DNA of 64,000 bases from Octopus vulgaris (taxonomy: Eukaryota): the NCBI GenBank assembly GCA_951406725.2, contig OX597827.1, positions 79,546,001 to 79,610,000 of the forward strand. The letters are read 5' to 3'. Shown in pieces: positions 1 through 12,009 of the stretch. Numbering within the stretch: position 1 is the stretch's first letter; each line of letters starts with the position of its first letter. Position numbers and translations under genes: made by a program. The notes under the pieces are model-generated. The model made no database searches, was not told where the DNA came from, and was given only the letters and a program-made list of their open reading frames with translations.

Positions 1-2461
1 GAAAGAACAAGGACCCAGTCATATATTTAAGATATTAGATTACACAGTATTACATTTTTATTAAGTACATTTTAAATTATATTAAAGAATCAATTGAAGA
101 AATATTGCTCAAACAAGTAGGAAATTTTAATAGATAATACATAGAAATACATAATTTTGCCTATTTAAATTTTGATAATGAATAAATTTAGATAATTAAG
201 GTAACTGAACTCTCTGATTTTTTTAATTGAAGAGCTGACCAACTAGATAAGTTTTGTGCGGGACGCATTGTCATGAATTCTAAAAAGTAATTCTGAAATA
301 AACACATATTTATGAAGGGTGGCATTCCTCAGAATATGGTAATAACCTGCATTATATTGAATTTATAAACTGCTATGATGAAAGTTATATTTCAGTGATT
401 TTGTACTGTATTTCAAGGTTGATTAAATTTGATAAGAAAAATGACTTGTTAAAATTTATAGACCCAGTGATTCAGATGTAACATGTTAATGTTTAATTGA
501 AGATAGCACCATGCAATACGATGTGTCCTGGTATATAATATGAGCTGAAGTCTAGAAATTTGATATGGACATAAAGTATTTTAATTGAACATTCTGATTT
601 AATGAGGTTTCTAGACCTTTACCTTTTGACCTACAGATTTAAAAAATAATTTTTTGTAACTAAACACTTTCAAACTTCGTATACTGGTAGAATGTGTCAT
701 ATAAAACAACTTTTACTCTTCTCTTTTTTTCAGAAAAGTTTATGTTTACAAAGTTATTTTGTGTTGAATTTCTCGTATTTCAGTAATTTCAACCAATCAA
801 TGACATGTATTCAGCTGAATAAAATTACTGCCATTGTTTGATAGTGGTGGTGATATTGGTTGAATTAATCTTGGTATTGGTAGTGATGATAATGGTGGAT
901 ATTGTTAACTGTAGCAGTGGTCATATTTTTCTTGTTAATTGTTTTGTTGTTGCTTTTTACTCTCAAGTCAATTATCATTGACAAAAGATAAAAGACATTG
1001 CATTCAGCTTTTAAAATATACTACAGCACCACATTATTTCATGTGATTGTCTTTTATTTTAGAAAGGTGTTGCTCTCCATCAGAAATGAGAAAGGGAAAA
1101 GTCCAAAGAAAGAGAAGAAGAAATCACTGATGGACCATGTGTAGTTACAAACACACACACACACACACATTCATATATATCTGTATGCAGATAGATATAG
1201 ATAGTCATTGAAGCCCAAGAAAATGTATTCCCATCCCCAAGACTAATCACAGTGAAAACTTCCACCTTACACTCTGTGTTTATAGTGAGACCTACACATG
1301 CCTACACATGTATGTACTGTGATTAAAGATTTTGAAATTGATAACTATCCTTTGATCTTAGCTAAAATACCAATAAGTTACCTTTTGTTAAAAAAGAAAG
1401 TTTAATTTCTAAATTCTCAAAATTTATCTGAGTTTCTGTAAGAGCAAAATACTTGACTGTATCCTGGTCATACTTTATATTTTCATAAATATGAATTATT
1501 ATTTTATATGTGAAAAGAACTTAAGGCAAATGATTTTAATATAATCTGTTATTATGTTCATTAGGGGAAAATGGTTTGTGAAAGAGCAATGTATAAATTA
1601 GGATGAGAATTGGTTAACAGAGAAAGACCAGTTATAGAGATGATAGTCAGTTGATTAGACTTATGACCAAATGGCAGAAAGCAATTGAGGAACACATCTG
1701 AAATTAATAGGAGACAAGGCATATTACTTTTCAAACAAATTTAATGAAATTAATGAAAAAATTTAAAATATTTTCATAAAAAAATAAATTGTTGAGGAGA
1801 AAATGGTGGTTTCCAAAATAAAAATGGTAAAATATTTTGCATGATAAAAACAATACAAAAGATTGTCTGTTGATAAGCACTGGAAAAATTGTAGGGCTTT
1901 CTAGGAAAGGTGGGTTGTGGTAAGGAATAATCAACAGAGAAAGAAGTTTATCTGCCTCACTTTATCAACTAGAATATTTTACATATCTGGTGGGTGGACA
2001 GATTTCACTTATTAGTGTGGCTGGACATTGTAAATTACATCTTGATTACTACAGCAACAAAATCCATGAGCACAGATGATGAATTCAGGGTACAAGTACA
2101 GGGCTGTATTCTCAGTTTCCTCTTATTCAACATAGTCATCCAGGCCATAACAGAGAAATTTAGCTGGTTGCCCATGGAAACAACTATATGCTGATGACCT
2201 CACTTTTATAGTAGAATCTGTAGTGAAATTGCAGAAAGCAAATAAGATTCTCCTTCTTTCAGGTAGATGGCCCTGTTCAGTATGTGGGAAAGGTGTTGGA
2301 AGAAATTCCATTCAAGTGAGAGGCAAATGTAGATGACTAGTGAGGAATAAAGCTGATGTGCAACATCAGTGTGCATGTATGACAAAGTGCAAGAGTTCAA
2401 TCAAATGTGGCATGCAAGAGAGAAGTTGAATCAAATGTAGCATGCAAGAGAGAGGACTATG

Positions 2462-2878
2462 ATTTATTTACATTATTTACATTTAACATGTTTCGGATAA
2501 CACAACGTTTCGGCTGCTATACCCTCCAGCCTTCATCAGGTGTCTTGGGAAAATTTCAAACCTGGGCTCTCATTCCTAAGGTATTTTTCAATGTTATTAT
2601 TATTATTGCTATTATTCAGGCCTCTGCCTGCAATCGAACTTGGAATCTTGGGGTTAGTAGCCTGCGCTCTTAACCACTACATCATATACCCGTGGGCAAT
2701 TATGGAGTGAATTTTAGGGCTTATAAATCTAATATTTTCCTATCCTTCCTTAGTTCCGGATGAAGGCTGGAGGCGATATCCACCGAAATATTGTATTAAC
2801 AACAAACAAGATGAGGACAAATATCCATCATGTGTAAATAATGTACATAATTCCTCATCTCTTAAATATAGAACTGTA
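2462..2878 (-). mobile_element. tRNA-derived SINE with hammerhead-containing tail and an inverted partial tail copy (second copy ~16716-17086)
   Basis: Minus strand shows A-box-like TGTAGTGGTTAAGAGCG and B-box-like GTTCGATT (~2619-2690); inverted repeat 2499-2544 vs 2756-2800. Confidence 0.7.
2499..2544 (-). ncRNA. Minimal type I hammerhead ribozyme motif
   Basis: GACAC-CUGAUGA-A-GGCUG(loop)CAGCC-GAAA-CG-UU-GUGUU: complete core, stems I and II, palindromic ACGU stem III. Confidence 0.65.
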
Positions 2879-3714
2879 AGGCTATGATTGTTTGCACATG
2901 TGATAAGTGTGAATGAAGACAGCTGTATAAAGAAATGTCAGTCTCTTAAAGTGGATGGCACCTGTGGAAACCCAGATAGACATGGGATGAAGTAGTGGGG
3001 ACTGATCTCAAGAAGTTGGCCCTCATATAGGAGATGACAATGGATCAAGATGTCTGGCCGTATGATGTTCTTAGGAAGTCCTGCCCACCTCAGTGAAACT
3101 GTTTCCTGGAAGTGCTGTGTATTCTACCAACATGTAACATTCATTCACACATTGTACCCTAGCAAATCAAATCAAATTACATCTCTTCTTCTGCTCCCCA
3201 CCATGCACTATACTTACCTTTATCTTCTCACTCCTGTAGCCCAATCATGTCCTCTCCACTGCCAAATGTATCATTGCTAGCCTGTTGCCTCCTCCCCCAT
3301 ATACCAATGTTTCACCATTCACTGCATCCACCCCTCCCCACTTTTCCTTTTCTCTCCCCTTTTTGCACTTATAAGAACTTTTTACTCATGTATCCTGAGA
3401 AATCCTTTACCATTCCATTTATATACATATCCTTGTACCTTGAGAGTATGCCCTGGTACATAGTCACCATCTCTCTCACCACCTCTCACTTTTGTTGTCT
3501 CTCTTGCTCTATCTCTCTCTCTCACTCTCTCTTGCTCTCTATCTATCTATCTATTTATCTCTTTCTCTCCCCACCACAACTACAATAACCATATATCTCC
3601 TCCACAACAAAACACCTTTTTCCCCTTCGGTCAGTCTCTTTCCTCTCACCACCTAGCACAAATCCACTTCTTTCAACACTCCATACCACTCAAGTGAGCT
3701 TTGCCTTTCAAGTT

Positions 3715-3890
3715 TCTTGGTGACCTTGCTAGTACTGGTACCTCACAAAAAGTATGCAGTTTACTCAGTAAGGTGGTTGGTGTTAGGAAGGGTGTCCAGC
3801 TGTAAAAAGCCGGCCAAAGTAGACGGTAGAGCTTGGCACAGTGCTGTGACTTAGCAGCTCCTGTCAAACCATCCAATCTATACTAGCAGT
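3715..3890 (+). mobile_element. 3' part of an abundant SINE family (related pieces at 10120-10300, 17200-17375, 31948-31995, 34158-34525, 43960-44110)
   Basis: Recurring GTGGTTGGTGTTAGGAAGGG..CCAGC...CCAACCCATGCYAGCATGG blocks across the window. Confidence 0.6.
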
Positions 3891-4022
3891 GAACACTGTT
3901 TCATAATCTCTTGTGTCTATATGAATTAGAATTTGATGACCTATACAACATTGAAAAGTATAGATGAAAGAAGAAAATTAAAAAAATATAACACTTGAAA
4001 AATAGATATATGGCATAAGTAC

Positions 4023-6437
4023 CTGTGGAACTGGGGGAAGTTTTCTGGGTGTTGTTGAGTAGTTCCATTCATTGGTCAACTGGTCTATTTCTGGATAGTA
4101 TGAACATTTAGGGTTTATTGACTGAAGATTTCTGCTAAATATCTCTTCTGCATTCTGAGTTATTGCAACAGGATTATTAGTCTGATACAGAATTTGTCTC
4201 ATTTCAGTCCTCGATAGAAATTTTGGATTATCTTTTTCTCCAGATGAATTATTGAAGTGATTAATACATTTGAAAATACATAGTGTTATTGACACTACAA
4301 CAGCCACAGATAGTATTACAGCTGCTGCTACAATGATAATTATCCAGGTCATATTCAGGTTGTTATCAGACTGTGAGTGGATAGCAGTCAACATTGGAGA
4401 TGTATCGTTACTAACAAACAGTGTTAGTATGATAGCAGTTGTTGCTGATTGAACTGGAGTACCACCGTCTTTCACTATAAACTGCAGCTCATATGTTCCT
4501 GCATCATTTTGGTAAACTGTGCGAGAGAAAGATAACACACCAGTGTGTGAGTTCACTGTAAACAGGTTTTTATCATTGGATCTCAGTATTCCATATGTGA
4601 GGAAAGCATTGTTTCCAGTGTCTTTGTCAGATGCTTTCAGAATTGTGATGTCCTTCTTACTGTGTGGATGGTAGTGGACATCTAGATTGTAAGGGTCATT
4701 ATTAGGAAAGATAAAATAAGGTGCATTATCATTTTTATCTAGAATCTCTATAAGAATGTTAGCAGTGTTGTTCAGAGAAGGTGTTCCATTGTCTTTGACT
4801 AAAACCTGTAAATTATAGATGTCTTTCACTTCTCGATCTATTGGTTGTGATGTAGAAATAAATCCATATTTTGTCAGTTGGAAAGGAATGTTATCATTGT
4901 TGTTATCATTGATGATAGAATATGTAAGTTGGCCTCCATCTCCAAGATCAGGGTCTGTAGCATTGATGAAGCCAATAGGGAAGTCAACTTTCTGGTTTTC
5001 ATAGGTGAGGAATTGGAATGTCTCTTTGGTGAAATGTGGTTCTACATCATTGACATCAGTTACTTTGACAGAGAACTGTTTCTTAGTCTTTAATGGAGGT
5101 GATCCCATGTCATGACATACAATAGAAACAACATAATGGTCTATAGTTTCTCTGTCAAGAGGTTCTTTCACCAATATTTTATATTCTTTAGAACCCATAT
5201 TAGAAAGCTGGAACATTTTATGGTGAATATTACATTTAATTTGTCCATTAGGCCCATTATCAGTGTCAATGACCATAACGTAAGCTATAAAACTCCCAAT
5301 TTTACTTGCTTCTGAAATAGCAGTAGAAGTCTTTGTTAAAGGTGATATAAAATCTATATTTATTGCTGGAGCATTATTTTGATTGTTAATTACATTTATA
5401 ATCAACGTTGACATGGAGCTTAATGAAGGATTTCCACCATCCCTAGCTTCAACGTATAACTGGTATTTACTTTCCTTATTTCTAAAGAAATTATCATTGA
5501 TGAAGATTTCTCCAGATTTATGATTTAATTTGAAATACTTTTTATCATATTCATTTGTATTTCTATGTAAAAAATAATTTATATTTCCATTTTGACCAGA
5601 ATCTAAATCTGTTGCTGATAAAACAAAAACAGGAGAAGATATATGATGTGTGTCACTGATGGTGGTATTATATAATTTTTGTGTAAACGTAGGTCTGTTA
5701 TCATTGACATCAATAACAGATATTTCAATGTTCAGAATACCTTCTTTTGGTGGAGAACCCCCATCTCTTGCAATCAACTGTAACATATATGTGTCTTTTA
5801 ATTCTCTATCTAACATTCCTTCTAGAATTATTTTAAGTAAATTTATTCCATCAGATTCTTTAAATATGGAGAGCGAGAATGTTTTGCTTTTATCTTTGAG
5901 TTTATATATTATCTTAGAATTTGGAAGACTAATGTCTTTATCAACAGCATTTGGTATTGATTTTGTTGATCCTTTCCCGTCTGTTTCATCGAATTTGATT
6001 TTTAATTTGTTTGATGGGAACTCTGGTTGATGATCATTAATATCTTCTATAATTATTTTTATCTTTAATATCTTTAGAAATGTTTCCTCTTTCCTTACTG
6101 CTACTTTAACAGTTCTAGAGCATTCTTTCTTGTAAACACAAAGTTTTTCAGCATCCAGTGTTTGAGTAGTGTATAGTTTTCCTAAGCTTGTGACATTAAA
6201 TAAGTGAGAACCACTTGATACTGTTCTCTGTAGTTGTGTAAATGTAATGAGTGTGAGCTGTTGATGTGTAAGAGGATTTGATAGGTTAGAGTCAGCTGCA
6301 ATATCTCCAATGTATGTGTGTGGACTGTCTTCTTCATTGACATGGTAAATGTAGTCTATCGACATGACAGAATACATTAGTCCATAGAAAAGGTAAAACT
6401 GCAAAGTATTGCTTGTCATCTCATTATTGTAATTCAT
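4023..6437 (-). CDS. Pcdh: Protocadherin gene A, large exon (signal peptide, EC1-EC6, TM, proximal cytoplasmic); downstream exons lie off the left edge
   Basis: ORF 3978..6437 has DINDH/DVNDN/LDRE/DxD cadherin motifs, a C-X5-C in EC1 and the TM segment WIIIIVAAAVILSVAVVVSITLCIF. Donor CAG|GT at 4023/4022 is conserved in all paralogs. Acceptor tttttag at 6464-6465. Confidence 0.95.
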
Positions 6438-7531
6438 TATTATTCATGGATATACCTCAAAATCTAAAAAGAATATAAAAGAAATTGCTTGAATCAAACA
6501 GTCATTATACAGAAATATTAATATGGAGAAAATATGTATACTAATATTAAGTGTACAACATTTATCATGTAATATAATCAATAATATTTAGAAATGTTTG
6601 TAACATTATGAAATAATGAAGTAAAATTTTGATAGTCTCATATGTGCCTGTGGCCAGTTTTCTGAATGAAGCAAAATCCATACTTGGTACAACATAGAAG
6701 TATATTCCATAATTATAAAAAAAATTTAAATCATAGTAAATAAAATTATCTCTTCACATATATGAAGTGATTAGAATGAGAATGCATTGCCTCTATATCC
6801 AAAATTAGACATGATAAGAGATTTTAACACATAAACTGTGCTATTTGCTTTTATGAAGTTTTTATGAAAGTTTTCTCATTATGAACTTATTCCTAAGATT
6901 GAAATTACTGAATTACAGATTATAAATAATGTAAAAGAAACACATTATTTTTCAAACACTCTCATTGCATCTATTTATCATACTTAGCTGTTAAATGGAA
7001 TTTGATGTTAGGTCACTTGTGGGTGCATCTGGCAATATCTAACCCAGTCCAACTTGTTTCATAATTAGGTTGTTGCCTACAAAGCTGTTAATTCCACCAA
7101 ACTTGCATGGTGTGAAGGGTGATTTTGGATAAGCTGCAGGATGAATAACAAAACTTATCAAAGAGCAGGTAAACTTAGATAAGTCATTAGCCATCCAATA
7201 AAACATATATATGCAGGTTATATATGTGTATGTTAGTGAAATGTTCATATTTCATTCAAATGAAGCATGGAAGAAATAAGTAATCTTCATCTCCCCAGCA
7301 TTAAAGTTGGCAGCATCAGGCTAATGGGGCAACTTTGAGGTGGAAACATAAAGTCATACAGGATTAAAAGCTATGATGCAGAGTAAATATTGAAAAAAGT
7401 TTTATGACCTGGATATGCACAAAGTTTGATATTTTTTCTTACCTAAACATTTTGTGTTGATATTCAAAGTGAAATAATCTATGTAGTCACTTGGTCTCTT
7501 GAATGTTCTGTCAAGTCTCTTAACAATATAA

Positions 7532-9460
7532 CTAATAATATTAATAGTAATAATAATGATAATGAAATTATTGTGTATAGTGTTCAGGTGAATTACAACT
7601 CATCAAAGGTGCATGTACAGTACATAGAATTATATACAAAAATCAGAGAAGTGAACAGTGTAAGAGTCATGATGTACATTTGTGCATACGTATGGAGTGG
7701 TGGGGATATCAGGTGTAGCATTGGCATGGTTCAGGAAGTATGGAGTTCTTAAAGGATGCAATGTCTTGGCAGCTAACAGTTGATGCAGGTAATTTGTTCC
7801 ATGCTTCAGAAACTCTGAGTTTGAAAAAATGTTTCCAAAAGTCATGGGAGCTGTGCTGTTTTCTGACTTTGTAGACAGACCCATTTGTGTTAGATATATA
7901 GAGCTCAAAAAGGTGCTTAAGGTGGTTGTTGGCATGATGGGTAATAATTTTGTGGGAGTTTGCTCGGTCAGTTACCAGACATCGGAGCTTCAATGTATCT
8001 ATGCCCAGGGAAGCAAGGAATTCAGAGTATGGTCAATGTCTGATGGAAGGCAATTGCTTGGTAGCACATCTCTGAACATTTTCCAGGTGGTCAATGTTCT
8101 GACAAAGATAGGGGTTCCAGACTAGTGATGCAAATTCCAAGTGTGGCCACACCATAGCCATATACAGTCTTAAATAGATAGCTGGTGAGCAGCTGACAAA
8201 AGTCTTGCTGAATGATGACAAGACACCCTCAGGCTTCTTGACAATTTTAGAGATGTGCTTCGCCCAGTGCAAATTGCTGCTGACTGTAATGCCCAGGTCA
8301 CATTCACAAGAAGACTTCTTGATATTAGCATTGTAGAGAAAGTATGTGGACGTTGGGTTTTTCCTCCGAAAATGCATGGTGGCACACTTGTCCACAGCCA
8401 GTTTGAGTTGCTAGTCCATGATCTATTGTTGCGTTGTGTCAGGTTTGATTGCATGATAGATCTATAGTGCCCAGGACCTGTCCTTTTTATCTCAAGGTAC
8501 AGCCTGATGTCATCTGCATATTTCAGCATGGTGGCATTCTTTAAGTTGCCTTTAATATGTCAATAACGTATGTAACAAACAAAAGGGGACCAAGAACAGA
8601 ACCCTGCAGTACACTAGATGACATGTTATAGGGTGAAGAATGCTGCCCTAGAACTGTGACTACCTCTTTTCAGCTGAGGATGAAGGAGTCCAACCAGTTA
8701 AAAATATCATCTTTCACACCAATTACAGAGAGTTTTGCCATAAGTCTTTTTTGTGGCACAGAATTAAAAGCTTTAGCAATGTCATGGTAAACAACATCCA
8801 CCCATGTGCCACCGTTAGTGATCTGGGTGATATTTTCAAAAAAGATGTTAAATTAATCACAGCAGCTGGAGTTAGGGATAAATCCAAATTGCAAGGGCTG
8901 GATAAGGCTGTGAGAATTCCAGAACTTCCAGAGTGCTTCTCTGACATAGGATTCCATCAGTTTGGCAATGCAGTTAGCAAGACTGACTGGATGATAGCTG
9001 ACAGGTGACATGCTGTCACGCTCTTTGAACAGAGGAATGATACTGCTCAGGAGTAGCACCATTGTTAAGACATAACTGAAAGAAGAGTGGAAGCTGGTGC
9101 AGAAGAAAGTACCCACTACGTTTGAGAAGCAGGTACATAACACCATGAAGACCAGGAGAGGCATAGTTGCGTTTATTCTTAAGGTGACTTTGCAGTATTG
9201 CAGGTGCAAATTCCATAATTGTTATGGAATTTTATATCAGAAGTGGTGGAGATGGTACGTTTTGGTTTTCGACAATACAAATGCCTGCATAGCAATCAGC
9301 AATGAGTTCTATGCATTCTTTGGGATCGTCAGTAATCTGGCTTGTGTGGAGATTGCGAAGAGGACCAACTGGAGAGTGAGGTCTCTGCTTTGATCGTACA
9401 TATTTCCAGAACACCTTACTTCAGGATTGGTTGCTATATACTGCTCAAATTCTAAATTTC
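7532..9460 (-). mobile_element. 5'-truncated, degenerate CR1/L2-group LINE in intron 1 of gene A
   Basis: Fragmented RT (YHPVSLAN, QFGF, QGSVLGPLLF, KYADD), C-terminal WPHLEFASLVWNP and WNKLP, (ATT)n-like tail at ~7532-7565. Confidence 0.88.
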
Positions 9461-9842
9461 AAGGCAGAGGAAATTGTATGAAGAGGAAACCTGAAACAAC
9501 TTGAATTGATTCCAACTTAGTGCTCAGTTTTCGTTTTTTTTCTAAGAATGTCACCTGTGTCTGTATTCAGATTAAAGCTATGCAAAATGTTTTTTTCATT
9601 GTCTTATATTAATCATCAACTTACTTTATTTCCTTTTTATTATATTGTTCATTTGACAGAAATCATGAAGAAAAACAACTTTGAACCACTCACCCTGTGG
9701 GAAGATACCCTGTTGGGTTGGCTATCAATCTTTTTAAAATAAATTTCACTCTCTTTGTGGTTTAAGTTGATTAGAAAAAAAAAATTAAAATATTATTTTC
9801 TAATGACAGTTAATATATTTTCACTAAAGCTTTTAAGAGAAC

Positions 9843-9990
9843 AGAGTTGTTCCCCCTTTCAATCTTGTTATATTTTATCTTGTTAGTCTGTCGATGCATA
9901 GTGTTCTTGGAAGAAATATATATCTCCAATTGCACATTTTATTGAAATATTTCACTGACTTCTAATCGATGTGGCCCTGTATTATACACT
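9843..9990. promoter_or_regulatory. Conserved intron-1 element starting with AGAGTTGTTCCCCCT (one copy per gene)
   Basis: Related motifs at 20709, 29441, 40000, 51335 and 63004, all in the same orientation. Confidence 0.5.
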
Positions 9991-12009
9991 TATAATCTGA
10001 TTGTTTAAGTAATATTATAGTGGCAACTGACTGATTTCTGTTGACAGAGATTTGCCTTCCAGGAGGACAGTAATTCCAAATAAAATCTGATACAAAATAG
10101 AGGAGAATTTTAGCCTTTAACATTGGCTAACCATTCTAGTTCTGGTGATACAGTCAACACATCCGGTTCACACCGTAAGACATACATAAAACTGGAAATT
10201 TTTCTTTATTACTGTGTGTGATAGATTACAAGTGTGAGATGAATAATGAGATTTCTTCAATCCATGCCTACATGGAAAAATAGATGTAAAATTACAAAAA
10301 GGATGAGGAATGACAATTTTAATCCTTATTAAAATTCTGGTGTTAAATGATAAATTAACTTTTCATTTAATATGTACAATTGAGATCATATGAAATATAA
10401 ATCTATGTCTCTAGTTTTATGATTGTTATTTTCGACTTGTTCTGATCAGCTTTGCTTGAGAAGACACTCAACAAAAGTGTAGTCAATAAACTAAATGAAG
10501 ACTGCAGATTTAGATGCCCATACAAACTAAACTGCCGTCTGTTGTGATATCATACTATGTTATGTAGACTGTTTGAAATAAAAGTGGATTTCAGAGTATG
10601 TTTGAATTTTTGTACAGTTGTTGGCAATATGAAGCATGTAGAAAAGTAAAATCTACATAACAAGTAAATTTTTCATTTTGTGGAAGAGTTGAGTTTGCTA
10701 CCAGAAATGGCATAGACCTTGATGGCTGTCTTAAATAGCTGGAAAAATAATCTTATTTCTTTTACTTATATTTGACTGAAAATTTGTGGTGTGTCTGTTT
10801 ATGGTTGTTTTAGTTATGATTGTGATCGTTTTTCTATGTGAGTTGAAAACATTATTCAGAAGATTCTGATATTAGTAGAATTATTTACACAAACAAGAAA
10901 AATGGTGTTCAGATGTTTAACAATAGGTAGCCTCATGTTTCCTGATCAAACTCTTCCAATCTTGATAAAGTAGCAATAATAGAATAGAAATAATTTGTAA
11001 TTAGGGATAATTTTGAGGTCATTTATACATATTATATATATATATATATATATAAAGAATTGTTAGTTATATTTGCTTATCATCATTATTTATTAAAAAT
11101 GGGATAAAAAATAACTTGCATTTACTGCAAATGACGATTTTTACTTCGTTACACTTGAAAATATAGAATTTTGAATTTGCTTATGTAAGTGGCCAAAATT
11201 AAACTGACTAAAAATATAATAAATTAAAATATCAAGTGAATGCTTGTCTTTGTACAATGAAGTGCAATGATTCACTGAGTGTATGAACATATATTTTCAT
11301 TTATATATATAGTTATTTTAATTATATATATTTACAGTGATACAGATGTTTATATAATTGATTCTGTTTTCTTGATAAGAATAAATTTTAAAGATATCAA
11401 AATAAGTTTAGAAAATATGTATTTTGTAATTAAGAATAAAAGAAATAACTGAATAATATTTTTAGTTTTAAACATGAATGTCTTCTTTGAGGTTATTTGT
11501 AAAATTAATAAAAACTTGCAATAAGGAATCAAAACACAGACTCTGAATTTGTTGACAGAGAAACTAAATTCTAAAATGAAATTATATTCTTTGAGACTAG
11601 CAGTCCATGCATATTTTGTTATGCATTTGATTCAATATTCTATTTAAATAGAAAGAAATAAGACATTCTCAAAGGTTAATAAATATTGCCTATTTAAACT
11701 GATTTATAGAAATATTTGAATTAATAATTTTAATGAAATATAGTAATATGTATGAAAAATATGAAGTAAAATACAGTTAACTGACAGTCTGGTATTTACA
11801 TAATGATTGCTGTTAAATATATCTACTTTCACATAGTAACTATCCTACTTCAATAGCAATAGCTTTTGGTAATGGCTACATAATTCCATGGCTTCCTATT
11901 TCCTTGCTTGAATATATTATCATTATTAAATATATTAGTATCCATTTCTCATGCTTCAATATCCTAAAATATGAACAGAATATCAAATGAGAAATTGCAA
12001 TGTAATATG

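Larger units (their letters stand above)
1990..3090 (+). mobile_element. Degenerate RTE-clade LINE fragment, interrupted by a SINE (copy at ~15955-16715)
   Basis: Frameshifted QGCILSFLLFNIVIQAITE..GCPW..LYADDL RT motif and an SGRWPCSVCGKGVGRNSI Cys motif. Confidence 0.7.
1..6055 (+). repeat. Near-identical duplicated or converted segment, copy 1 (matches 13990..~19540)
   Basis: Position 1 aligns to 13990 almost base for base through intron and coding sequence, with a few indels. Confidence 0.92.

Noticed and set aside
2619-2690. Possible tRNA gene
   Set aside because: A/B boxes are present but there is no convincing acceptor stem, and it is embedded in a repeat; treated as a SINE head.
3978-4022. 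ORF-track C-termini of the large ORFs (e.g. VLMPYIYFSSVIFF)
   Set aside because: They lie past a conserved splice donor and differ in length between paralogs; most likely intronic read-through.
4270-6030. Recurrent plus-strand ORFs inside each Pcdh exon (e.g. MSFTSRSIGCDVEINP...)
   Set aside because: Antisense shadows; they recur only because the Pcdh exons are near-identical.
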